The notes beneath the pieces are model-generated. The model was given only the letters and a program-made list of their open reading frames with translations. It ran no database searches and was not told the origin of the DNA. DNA of 58,341 bases from Thermoplasmatota archaeon. GTDB taxonomy: Archaea > Thermoplasmatota > Penumbrarchaeia > Penumbrarchaeales > Penumbrarchaeaceae. Both the position numbers and the translations under genes were made by a program. Where the stretch lies: NCBI GenBank assembly GCA_965234725.1, contig CBDDUX010000044.1, forward strand, positions 1 to 58,341. Reading direction: 5' to 3'. Of the stretch, positions 9,681-19,665 are shown one piece after another; the stretch's first letter is position 1; the number at the start of each line of letters is the position of its first letter.

Positions 9681-12600
9681 GTGAAAAAGGGTGGATCAAG
9701 AATATTACCCATTTTTTGTGTTGGATTATTCCTGACAGGTATTTTCATCCCGATTGTGGAAGGATGGGCGAATAATCAGAACCTTACCATTCCTACCCGA
9801 ATGGATATCATACCGGGCCCTTATAGGAACTTGAAAGTTCTTGTCAACGACCTTTTAGCGGTTACAGAAGATTGGACGGATTCGGACAACGACACACTGC
9901 CGGATTCCGTAGAGAGGATAATAGGGACCGATCCTGACAACGATGACAGTGATTACGACACTCTGAATGACTCCTACGAGGTAGAAATGAACATGGATCC
10001 GCTCAGTCCGGATTCAAACAAGGACGGCATATCGGATCCCAGAGAGATAACCAATGTCTCATTGGATATCGACGGGGACGGCATTCCCAATCCATGGGAC
10101 CGGGACAATGACGGAGACGGACTTGAGGACAGTACCGATATGTCCCCGTTTATAAAGACGGATCTCCACAGCAACTATCACATAGGAGTGAATTCAACCG
10201 GGAAACCCCTATATCTCACTTTTCAGGTAGTACCGGAAAATACAGACAATCTCAAACTCATGCTGCAGACACTTGACTGGCCCCTTGACGACAAAGGGAG
10301 TATGAGGGACATGGACGATTCCAAGGACGATGTCTTTGCATTCCCTTATCTGGAAATGAAATGTGATCTGCTGCCTGAGCAGAAGGATGTCCTCGAATAC
10401 GGGATCACTATAAAAGAAGATAGAGCCATCGTTCCGCTATTCTCCGAGTGGGAATATGGCAAGGTTGTAGGCCTGAGAGGAAAGATGTTTTTCCCTGGGA
10501 CCCAGGCCATGATCGATATGGATGTAGCCTTGAAATGGGACATAAGCGGATTGACAGATAGTCCCGCTAAAACTCTTCGTGGATCCAATGAAAAGTATCT
10601 CACCTCTGAAGACACAGGCATGGTATATGCTAATTATACAAGTATTACAGAATCCCAACGTTTTACATGGAAGGAAAGCGAAGAAATAATCACTCTGATA
10701 TCCGAGAAAGGCAGATTCCTCGGTATTGATGATGACAGGTATCTGAAGGCAAAATGGACTGAACCATGTGAGAACTGTTCATTTACCGTGGAACCAGCTG
10801 AAGGAGGATCATATCTTTCAGATCAATTCGGGAGGTATCTGTGTCTTCAGGATGATGGATCATATAGAGCAGAAGAGAAACGTGATGACAGTACCTTGCT
10901 GAACATCTCTAACAGCGGATATCGAAGCCAAAAGCTCAAGTTAATTACATATGACGAGGATTTCACCATAGCCAGCCTGACTGCATCGGAAAACGGTGGA
11001 ACTGAGATCGGAGTCTTCAACTGTAACAACCCCTCTGAAATGATCACGGCCAACATGGTTTTTTCCTACGACTACCTGCATAATTACTCCAACTCCATGG
11101 AAGACCTGGATTCCATACTTCTCGATCGAGGACTCGAACTGGATAATATTTTGGAAGAATATCCTCACCAGGACCTAGCCGTTATGAACGGAATGGAATG
11201 GATGATCGAAGAGGCTTTAGAATCCCTTCCCGAGGATGTAATCCTGCCGGTTACGATTCTTATGGAAGACAAGTCCGCCATGGTAGACCTATCAAGGATG
11301 AACACCACCGAGGGAAGTACATTTCTTGTTGACATGAGTAATAAACCCTTGATTACCACCCGGACGCTTAAATCTGCGTGGTATCACACACCTTCCACAG
11401 AACCTCTTGATGCCGATGATATTGTGGATGAGCTCGTTCCCTTACTTGAGGATCTGGAAGAGGACGAAGCTTCCATGGTGATATCTCTAGCTTTGAACTG
11501 GAACTTCGGGGACCTCAACATAGTTCATGACGGGTGGGGCATTGTCGAGAAATCGACGGCAATCGGAGCAATCCAGAATGCAGTGGACTGGATCCTCTGG
11601 GCCAATTCGGGTCGAATGATGCAATGGGGGGTAGCGAAGGATATAGTATTCCCCATCTTCAAATTCCTGTATTTCGTGGAGAAGATCTATCCAACATTAA
11701 ATATCGGCGGAACTGGTCTTCAGAAGTGGAAATGGGCATTTTCCGCCTATAAGGATGTGAAGGTGCTTAAAGACGTGTCTGGCGTTATTGAGGTTTTTGG
11801 GTGGTTGGTGGACATTATTGGTTATTCCGTTGACATGGGGATGATTGCTTTCACATTCATAGCTATGTGTGCCTCTTACGGTTGGGATCCCTTTGGAGTT
11901 AGTATAGCCGGCACTTATGCGATGATATCCGCTGCATACGTCAGCGTGATGTTCTTGGGCGGTGCATCAATGAGCCTCCTAGCAACGGTGTTAGGTGCAT
12001 TGACGGTCCCTGTGGTAGGATGGATAATCGCGGGCGTTGCTGCAGTGATCTCTCTTGCAATAGCTGCGGTGGAGTTTTTTGTCAAATTAGGAACCGGAAA
12101 AACAGCCTCGGAATGGATAATAGGATGGATAGTTGATGCTTTCTCCGGGGTAAGGTCTCTCACAAGCCTTGATATGGAATTTTTGGATTCAGGAATAGAG
12201 ATCTTTGACAGGACAGGTAACGGTCTTGATGCTGGAGACCGAATAGAGTACCTGAACGTAATGAATTCAACTGTTACAAGGATGCGGAAAGGGACCTCGA
12301 AACAGGTTAATGAATCATATCTGATCCCGGAGACCATGGTATATGTACCATGGTTGGATACGATGCAATGGGAAAACCTACAGGTTGACTACGGATACGA
12401 AAAGAGGGAACTCTCCAGAACGGAGACCGAGGATAAGAAGGAAATCATGTATGAAAATACCGGATGGGTGGAACCGGGAATCGCAATGCCGAACATGCCG
12501 GTTGTGAGTCAGATGAATATGCAATACAAAACCTTCTACCAGGAATACAATCATTTGATGCTTTACTATAATACTGAAAATTCTTCTGGAATCCAACGGG

Positions 12601-15600
12601 GAGAGAAAACTGTCAGATACTATGATGTCCTGCCCGAGAACATTGACGATTTTGCCACATGGAAATATCTGAAGTATGCAGATTCGGACGGCGATGGGAT
12701 GAATGATACGGATGAAGAAAGAACCGATCCGATGAAATGGGACACTGACGGAGATCTGCTTGCTGACAGCTATGAGATCAATCTGGGATACGACCCTGCA
12801 GATCCTGATTCCGACAGGGACGGACTTTGGGATAAATGGGAACTGATCAATAATCTGGATCCGGCAAAATATGACACTGACGGGGACGGATTATCCGACT
12901 ACCAAGAATACGAGGGGTGGATCATAAACTTCACCTACTGTGGAGAATATTTCGAGTGGCACATAAGATCGGATCCGTCGAATCCAGACACGGACGGAGA
13001 CGGACTTAACGATACGGTGGAATTCCTGTGTCTTCTGAATCCCATGTCCTCCGATACCGATGGGGACGGTATGCAGGATATGATCACCAACTACTCAACC
13101 ACCAAGATGGAAAAGACGGACACGTTGGGTGACGATGAGCCGTTCTGTTTCCATGACTGCAGCGATCTGACAACCGATTCTATAGGCAATATTATTATGA
13201 TTAGCCAGCAAAATGATTCGGTGATCAAAATGACACCGAAGGGGGATCTCCTTTGGGAATTCAAAGATCCCTCCTTTAATTATCTCAGATCGGTAGTCAT
13301 TGGTCCCGAGGACAGAATATATGTGGGAAGATTCAGGGAGTATGAAGATCTTCAATTATTGATATTCATCCTTAATCCAAACGGAACCCTGAATAAGACA
13401 ATATACAATCTCGATCAGGGATTTGGATGTCAGTACGGATCGCAATCACTTGTTGTTGACGACGCTGGTAATATTTTTTCCTTGGGTTGGGGTTGGGGAG
13501 ATCCTCCTGTATCTTATTTGGTTAAATACTCCCCCAATGGAACCACACTGAAGAAGAAGATATTCCAGGAAGAATTGGACCAAGCAAATCATTTTGCTAT
13601 GAATAAAAGAGGTTATTATTTTATTCTCGACAGTGGCAATAAAAGGGTCGCTATTTACGATGATAAGTTGAATTTATCCTATTATTGGGGAATCTCCCAG
13701 TTCGGATCAGCCAGTGATATATGGATCGATGAGGGTGACAACATCTTTATCTGCGACGGGGACCAGAGCTACGATCTGATTGCCAAGTTCGACAGATACC
13801 GCCGAACACTTGCAGTGTGGAGTACACCCCTTATTGAGACAAGCATATACGTCGATCCGAATGGCGATATTCTCGTCGGTGGAGTGGTGGAAACCGGAAC
13901 CACAAGAGGCAGGATAATTAGGTTCCATCAGAACGTAACCATACACCAGGTCCAGGAGAACTTATCATTCATTGACACCGACGGAGATGGAATTACTGAT
14001 CAGATGGAAGAACAGGGATGGAATATAACAGTCAAGTTTGAAACGGGTATCCTTAAATCAAAAGTATATTCCAACATTAAAATGGTGGATTCCGATATGG
14101 ACGGTCTCTCCGATTGGGATGAATTCAATATGTCCTCAAATCCGAATTCAACGGACACAGATGGTGACGGGCTTCCAGATTTGAAGGAGATAGATCAATA
14201 CACAAACCTCTCTTCATGGGACACGGATGGAGATGGTCTGTCAGATTTAGCTGAGTTATTTTTCATAAGCGATCCATTATCAAATGATACCGATGGAGAT
14301 GGATTGATTGATCTCAAGGAATTGCAATTCGGATCCGATCCGAATTTGAAGGATTCGGATTTTGATGGATTAAATGATTTAGAGGAATGGAAATTAGGTT
14401 GGAAACCATTGGATCCTGATCCGGATAGCGATTTTATGTTCGACGGGACTGAATACTTTTTAGAATGTGATCCGTTCGATCCCGATCTTGATCAAGACGG
14501 TATGGAGGATGGATGTGAAAGGTTATACGGAACAGATCCAAAGAATGGTGATTGTGATGATGATGATATCATGGACGGAACTGAGATTGATCTCCACCTG
14601 AATCCATTATCAAATGATACAGATGAAGATGGCTTGACAGATTCCAGAGAAATGGAGATAGGTTACAATCCTCTCTCCAGGGATTCGGATGGAGATGGTT
14701 TGATTGACAAGGATGATTTGGATTATACCTTTGATCTTGAAGGGAATATCGTTGTAGTCGCGGATTCCGAATACAAAGAATTCATCACTTTATTATCTGG
14801 GATCTCTTCAGTTGAAAGTGTTGATGCAGATACTTTCCTTGACAAACATACTGATGATGATAATATAATTATTATTGGAAAACCAAATAAAGAGGGAAAT
14901 GAGGCAGAACAGATAATATATGATCTACTTGAAGATAGGCAGGACCTTTTGAATGACATGTTAAATTATGATGAATGCAGATGTATTGTCAGATACGGTA
15001 TCTGGAAACCGGACCAGACAGTGATACTGCTTTCAAATCCATACCCTTACGATCATATTAGAATTCTTGGTATATTAAAAAGTATGAGAATGTCAGTCTT
15101 GCCAAATTCGGTAAAGGCCGATTATATCAGCCCGAGAAGTTTTTTCCTCCTTGACCAGATGGATGCAGTTTCCAGGACCGATACGGAGGTTTCGTGTATC
15201 TTTAATGATAATTTTACTTTTAATGTGGAAGTGACGAGATCTCAAGAGCCCCAAAATACTGAGCAAATGTCGCAAACAAATGGCTTGAATTCAGGTGAGG
15301 TCCCGATGGAAAAATATCTTGAAATCCATATACAAAACAGTAATAGTGATTTTGTTCCTGAAGAGTCAATAATCAGGTCAGAATTGTTGATTTATTATAC
15401 TGAAAGCGATCTCGATATGAACGGAGATGGAGATTCGAACGATCCTGAAGACCTTGATGAGAGTACACTTTCTCTCTATTATTATCAGAATGGCACCTGG
15501 TGTCGAATCCCGGATGGCAAAGGAGATGGGTTCGTCAGTTTAAATAATACAGATCAAAATGTTAACGGAAGAGACTACGCAGGACTGATCAGTGCATCTA

Positions 15601-16049
15601 TGGATCATCTTTCAATTTTCGGAATTGCTGGAAAAGTAAGAGGTAGATTCATTCTCCACATCGGTCCGATTGAAGATAGACAGGGATCGATCATTTCAAG
15701 TGCTGAAGTAATCATTAATTTGGGGAATTTAACAGATAATAATTCAACAGATGAATTCGGGATGACGACCTTTTTATTGCCAATTTCTTACCTGAATTCC
15801 AGCATTCACATAGATATACTTAAAGAAGGATATTTTGATATATCCTATGATACAAGAATCGATGAAAATGGCAATTTATTAGAATCACCTCCTGCCCTTA
15901 GAAAATCATCTGAAGAAGAAGAAGGCAAGGAATTATACTGGTTCCTCATCCTTATCATTTTCATAGTATCATTGACTTTAATATTTTCAGCCTTAATATT
16001 TAAAAGGATGAAAAGACTAGATAACTTATCATCCGATTTCGAGGAATGA
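9681..16049 (+). CDS. 2122-aa multidomain surface protein: TSP3/binary-toxin-type Ca-binding repeats, fascin-like beta-trefoil, hydrophobic helical region, NHL-type propeller, C-terminal TM anchor
   Basis: Signal peptide; DTDGDGLxDxxE repeats; LRGSNEKYL/LISEKGRFL/LSDQFGRYL trefoil-like repeats; long hydrophobic helices at about aa 700-820; DSGNKRV NHL-like motif; TM plus SDFEE end. Confidence 0.85.
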   Translation: MKKGGSRILPIFCVGLFLTGIFIPIVEGWANNQNLTIPTRMDIIPGPYRNLKVLVNDLLAVTEDWTDSDNDTLPDSVERIIGTDPDNDDSDYDTLNDSYEVEMNMDPLSPDSNKDGISDPREITNVSLDIDGDGIPNPWDRDNDGDGLEDSTDMSPFIKTDLHSNYHIGVNSTGKPLYLTFQVVPENTDNLKLMLQTLDWPLDDKGSMRDMDDSKDDVFAFPYLEMKCDLLPEQKDVLEYGITIKEDRAIVPLFSEWEYGKVVGLRGKMFFPGTQAMIDMDVALKWDISGLTDSPAKTLRGSNEKYLTSEDTGMVYANYTSITESQRFTWKESEEIITLISEKGRFLGIDDDRYLKAKWTEPCENCSFTVEPAEGGSYLSDQFGRYLCLQDDGSYRAEEKRDDSTLLNISNSGYRSQKLKLITYDEDFTIASLTASENGGTEIGVFNCNNPSEMITANMVFSYDYLHNYSNSMEDLDSILLDRGLELDNILEEYPHQDLAVMNGMEWMIEEALESLPEDVILPVTILMEDKSAMVDLSRMNTTEGSTFLVDMSNKPLITTRTLKSAWYHTPSTEPLDADDIVDELVPLLEDLEEDEASMVISLALNWNFGDLNIVHDGWGIVEKSTAIGAIQNAVDWILWANSGRMMQWGVAKDIVFPIFKFLYFVEKIYPTLNIGGTGLQKWKWAFSAYKDVKVLKDVSGVIEVFGWLVDIIGYSVDMGMIAFTFIAMCASYGWDPFGVSIAGTYAMISAAYVSVMFLGGASMSLLATVLGALTVPVVGWIIAGVAAVISLAIAAVEFFVKLGTGKTASEWIIGWIVDAFSGVRSLTSLDMEFLDSGIEIFDRTGNGLDAGDRIEYLNVMNSTVTRMRKGTSKQVNESYLIPETMVYVPWLDTMQWENLQVDYGYEKRELSRTETEDKKEIMYENTGWVEPGIAMPNMPVVSQMNMQYKTFYQEYNHLMLYYNTENSSGIQRGEKTVRYYDVLPENIDDFATWKYLKYADSDGDGMNDTDEERTDPMKWDTDGDLLADSYEINLGYDPADPDSDRDGLWDKWELINNLDPAKYDTDGDGLSDYQEYEGWIINFTYCGEYFEWHIRSDPSNPDTDGDGLNDTVEFLCLLNPMSSDTDGDGMQDMITNYSTTKMEKTDTLGDDEPFCFHDCSDLTTDSIGNIIMISQQNDSVIKMTPKGDLLWEFKDPSFNYLRSVVIGPEDRIYVGRFREYEDLQLLIFILNPNGTLNKTIYNLDQGFGCQYGSQSLVVDDAGNIFSLGWGWGDPPVSYLVKYSPNGTTLKKKIFQEELDQANHFAMNKRGYYFILDSGNKRVAIYDDKLNLSYYWGISQFGSASDIWIDEGDNIFICDGDQSYDLIAKFDRYRRTLAVWSTPLIETSIYVDPNGDILVGGVVETGTTRGRIIRFHQNVTIHQVQENLSFIDTDGDGITDQMEEQGWNITVKFETGILKSKVYSNIKMVDSDMDGLSDWDEFNMSSNPNSTDTDGDGLPDLKEIDQYTNLSSWDTDGDGLSDLAELFFISDPLSNDTDGDGLIDLKELQFGSDPNLKDSDFDGLNDLEEWKLGWKPLDPDPDSDFMFDGTEYFLECDPFDPDLDQDGMEDGCERLYGTDPKNGDCDDDDIMDGTEIDLHLNPLSNDTDEDGLTDSREMEIGYNPLSRDSDGDGLIDKDDLDYTFDLEGNIVVVADSEYKEFITLLSGISSVESVDADTFLDKHTDDDNIIIIGKPNKEGNEAEQIIYDLLEDRQDLLNDMLNYDECRCIVRYGIWKPDQTVILLSNPYPYDHIRILGILKSMRMSVLPNSVKADYISPRSFFLLDQMDAVSRTDTEVSCIFNDNFTFNVEVTRSQEPQNTEQMSQTNGLNSGEVPMEKYLEIHIQNSNSDFVPEESIIRSELLIYYTESDLDMNGDGDSNDPEDLDESTLSLYYYQNGTWCRIPDGKGDGFVSLNNTDQNVNGRDYAGLISASMDHLSIFGIAGKVRGRFILHIGPIEDRQGSIISSAEVIINLGNLTDNNSTDEFGMTTFLLPISYLNSSIHIDILKEGYFDISYDTRIDENGNLLESPPALRKSSEEEEGKELYWFLILIIFIVSLTLIFSALIFKRMKRLDNLSSDFEE

Positions 16050-16213
16050 TCGAAAATACCTAATAATAAGGTTTTTTTAAAAATAAACCGTAGTTCCACT
16101 ATTGGAATCGATATTGTTACCATACAAATCAACTAAGGTGAAACGAGAGAAAATTATCCAAACCACAAAAGTCCAGTCATATTATTTTGATATGTGAATT
16201 TTATTTCATTTGG

Positions 16214-16423
16214 ATTATTGGTGAAGCCCCTCCCGACGCGTTTGAAAGGGGCTTCATTTTTCATCTCGGTCCGAATCTCTTCTTTCCGTCATTCGCTTAG
16301 AAATCTTTTCTCGAAAACGGGTTTATCAGGCTTTTTTCTTGTTTTATGGCTATTTTCATTAAACCCCATCCCCGATACTATACACTATTTTTCCGACACT
16401 ATGAAGATTGAACACGACTCTAT
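16214..16423. repeat. Non-coding repeat element, copy 2 (more diverged)
   Basis: GGTGAAGCCCCTCCCGACGCGTTTGAAAGGGGCTTC, GAAATCTTTTCTCGAAAA, TTAAACCCC and TTGAACACGACTCTAT shared with copies 1 and/or 3. Confidence 0.88.
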
Positions 16424-16570
16424 CTTGGGGTAATAGCCTGTAATTCAAAGTCAATTCTATTCGGCTTGCGTATCAAAAACAATATAAACCGATCCTTAAC
16501 ATGATTTCCCTTATAGGAAAGCTGCCCGGGGCCCCATTTCAGGGCTCCTAAATCGACAGAAGGGATAGAC

Positions 16571-19180
16571 ATGAAAAGAATGAATGGAATTTTTAATTGT
16601 CTTGTGATAACTGTGCTGCTCGTATCATTCCTGTTCTTTCAGGTTATTGATAGCTCGTCTGGTTCCAGATACAAGATCGACACGAAAATTACCCGTGCGG
16701 ATTCGATCTTCATCGGAGGGGAAGTCAATGATTTTTTTGGATATGCTGTATCTTGCGCTGGGGATGTGAACGGTGACGGTATCGATGACATTCTGATCGG
16801 AGCTTATGGAAATAACACAGGGGGGAATGATGCAGGAGAGACCTATCTTTTCTTCGGCAACCGTTGCGAGGGATTAAACAATATTTCTCTCTCGGAAGCA
16901 GATGCTTCTTTCATTGGAGAGAGCCCCGGTGATTGGTCAGGATTTTCGGTTTCCAGCGGTGGTGATATAAATGGTGACGGATACGATGATATCCTTATAG
17001 GAGCCCAACACAACAGCGAGGTAGGGAGCGAAACAGGTCAGACATATCTGATCTTTGGAAAGGAAGATGGTTGGGAATTGAACATGAACCTTTCCCATTC
17101 TGACGCTTCTTTTCTGGGGGAGTTTCCAGAGGATCGTTCGGGTTCCTCTGTATCTAGCGCTGGAGATATCAACAGAGATGGCTTCAATGACATATTGATA
17201 GGATCCCCTGGAAACGATCAGGGAGGGATTATGGCAGGAAAGACTTATCTCATATTCGGCAAGGAGTCCGGTTGGAGCATGGATACATACCTTGATTCTG
17301 CTGATGCATCATTTTTCGGAAGTAGGAATTACGATAGCTCTGGAATCTCGATATCCATAGAAGGCGACGTCAATGGAGATGGATATCATGATATTCTGAT
17401 ATTTGGCTGGGGAAGTGGAAATGGGACGACAAACCTCATTTTTGGAAGAACATCCGGTCTGGGAAAGGATTTCAATCTATCTAGCGCTGATGCCTCCTTC
17501 GTAGGAGAAACTGGTCTTGACCGTTCGGGTATCTCAATCTCCAGCGGGGGTGATGTCAATGGTGATGGTTTCGATGACATCCTTATAGGTTCTGATCTAA
17601 ATAGTGAAGGAGGGACAGGTGCTGGGCAAAGTTATCTGATAATGGGGCGAGACCAGGGATGGTCAAAAGGAGTCTCCCTTTCCAACTCAGATGCTTCGTT
17701 CATTGGTGAATCAATTCTCGATTATTCAGGATCAAAAGTATCGATAATCGGAGATGTCAACGGGGACGGATTCGATGATATACTGATAAATAGTCCCAAT
17801 AACGGTGAAGGAGGGACAGGTGCTGGGCAAGCCTATTTGATATTCGGGAAGAGGTCTGGATGGAGCATGGACAACTTACTTTCGGATGCAGACGTATCTT
17901 TTCAAGGTGAAAATAATTATGATCATCTCAGCTTTTCATTATGTGGATCCGGAGATGTGAACGGAGATGGTTTCGATGATATTCTTATTGGTGCAAGTTA
18001 TGGTGGTCCATCTCATGATAAATCGGGAAGGGCATATCTTATCCACATCAAAACCAGACCGTCACCACCGGAGAAAGTATGGACGGAACTATCTGAGAAT
18101 GGTTCCTATCTCAAAATCTCTTGGAACGCTTCTTTCTATATAGACAATATTTCCGGATACAGGGTGTATCGCTCAGAAAATGGTATTGATTATCCCCTAA
18201 TCGCTCGTACTAACAGCGATACTTTGTACTACATCGACAAAGATGTTGTGATAGGCAGATACTATCATTACAAAGTAACAGCAATCGGCGTTCCAAATAT
18301 GGAATCCTTCAACTCTAAAGGTGTCTCCATTATGAACGATTTGGATACTGATAGTGACTGGATCGGCAATTCCGTTGATGATGACGATGATAATGATGGC
18401 TATCCAGATGTTATCGATCCGTTCCCTCTGAACCCACTTGAATGGTTGGATACCGACAATGATGGCCTTGGGAACCAGCTCGATAATGATGACGATAATG
18501 ATGGTCTTCCCGATGCGATAGATCCTGACCCTCTCAGTTCGATAATCACCATGATGAAGTATATGGGTGCAATGAACATGACCATTGAACAGATCAATGT
18601 GGAGATCTCCCAGATCAGGATCGAACTTGAAAACTTCTTGAATTCGGTATATGGATCACTTCAGACCATCAGAGACAACCTTGACAGTTACGGTGTGAAC
18701 ATTTCCTTGGATATGGATGATTTGATGCTATTTGTGGAGGAAATGGAACCGGGGATCCTTGAAAACCTCTCATCCAAACTAAATGACCTATCAGTGAAGG
18801 TTGGTGAGAACAATACTCAGATTAGGAACGATCTTCTCGACCTGAAGGGAAGTGTGGATGAGTTCAATGAGAAGATGATGAACAGCATCTCATTTCTATC
18901 GGCGAAAGTTGCAACCAGTGAAGATGCAGAAACCATCAAAGATAACATCGACAGAGTTGAAACAGAACTTGAGAAATTAGATGGGTTAGATGAAGAGATT
19001 TCAGACCTTGACCGAGGCCAAGAGGACATTGAAGGCCGTATAGCAGGTTTAAGGATCCATATCTGGATCTTGATAATATTTCTGATCATACTTGCAGTCG
19101 TGATAGTTGGAATAGTTCTCAAGGTGGAGTTCATGAAACAGGAGGATTCATGGAACATCGAAGATGATGATGAATGGTGA
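16571..19180 (+). CDS. FG-GAP (integrin-alpha-like beta-propeller) surface protein with FN3 domain, TSP3 repeats, coiled-coil stalk and TM anchor
   Basis: Seven GD(V/I)N(G/R)DGxxDILI repeats; FN3 motifs (LKISW, GYRVYRS, YHYKVTA); DTDNDG repeats; heptad stalk; C-terminal TM. Confidence 0.9.
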   Translation: MKRMNGIFNCLVITVLLVSFLFFQVIDSSSGSRYKIDTKITRADSIFIGGEVNDFFGYAVSCAGDVNGDGIDDILIGAYGNNTGGNDAGETYLFFGNRCEGLNNISLSEADASFIGESPGDWSGFSVSSGGDINGDGYDDILIGAQHNSEVGSETGQTYLIFGKEDGWELNMNLSHSDASFLGEFPEDRSGSSVSSAGDINRDGFNDILIGSPGNDQGGIMAGKTYLIFGKESGWSMDTYLDSADASFFGSRNYDSSGISISIEGDVNGDGYHDILIFGWGSGNGTTNLIFGRTSGLGKDFNLSSADASFVGETGLDRSGISISSGGDVNGDGFDDILIGSDLNSEGGTGAGQSYLIMGRDQGWSKGVSLSNSDASFIGESILDYSGSKVSIIGDVNGDGFDDILINSPNNGEGGTGAGQAYLIFGKRSGWSMDNLLSDADVSFQGENNYDHLSFSLCGSGDVNGDGFDDILIGASYGGPSHDKSGRAYLIHIKTRPSPPEKVWTELSENGSYLKISWNASFYIDNISGYRVYRSENGIDYPLIARTNSDTLYYIDKDVVIGRYYHYKVTAIGVPNMESFNSKGVSIMNDLDTDSDWIGNSVDDDDDNDGYPDVIDPFPLNPLEWLDTDNDGLGNQLDNDDDNDGLPDAIDPDPLSSIITMMKYMGAMNMTIEQINVEISQIRIELENFLNSVYGSLQTIRDNLDSYGVNISLDMDDLMLFVEEMEPGILENLSSKLNDLSVKVGENNTQIRNDLLDLKGSVDEFNEKMMNSISFLSAKVATSEDAETIKDNIDRVETELEKLDGLDEEISDLDRGQEDIEGRIAGLRIHIWILIIFLIILAVVIVGIVLKVEFMKQEDSWNIEDDDEW

Positions 19181-19296
19181 TCGAGCAAAATACAGCAGCA
19201 TGGTGATATGGATGTTGCGAATAATGGCTGGACATCATTTTATCGAATCGGTCATTACATTGACAGTGTAACAAATAGTAAGGTCATCTAATGGAA

Positions 19297-19527
19297 ATTA
19301 TGGGTGAAGCCCCTTCCGACGCATTTGAAAGGGGCTTCTTTTTCTTCTTGGTCCAGCCCGTTTCCATCCGTTATCCGCTCGGAAATCTTTTCTCGAAAAG
19401 GGGTTTTTCGGGGCATTTTACAGATCATTTGACTTAAATAGATAAACCCCGATCTACCAAATTTGGGGTAGTTATACGACACCATGATGTTGGAACACGA
19501 CTCTATAAGGTTTGAACACGATAGGAT
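19297..19527. repeat. Non-coding repeat element, copy 3 (integrase-proximal)
   Basis: 19302-19419 differs from 9078-9193 by 4 substitutions and 2 single-base indels; shared 35-nt exact block CATCCGTTATCCGCTCGGAAATCTTTTCTCGAAAA. Confidence 0.92.
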
Positions 19528-19665
19528 AAATTCGTCGGTTAAACATCAAGATCGATGGTTATGAAAGAATGTATCATTGATGGATCAAATATAGAGGATA
19601 TGACAAGAAAATAACTATAGTTATTTTTCGGCTTTCAGATAGACCATTACATTATACCTCAATAA

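Noticed and set aside
9071-19527. Repeats as a CRISPR array or classical attC sites
   Set aside because: Units are over 200 bp and kilobases apart, no cas genes are present, no RYYYAAC/GTTRRRY boxes frame the hairpin, and the integrase shows no IntI-type insertion.
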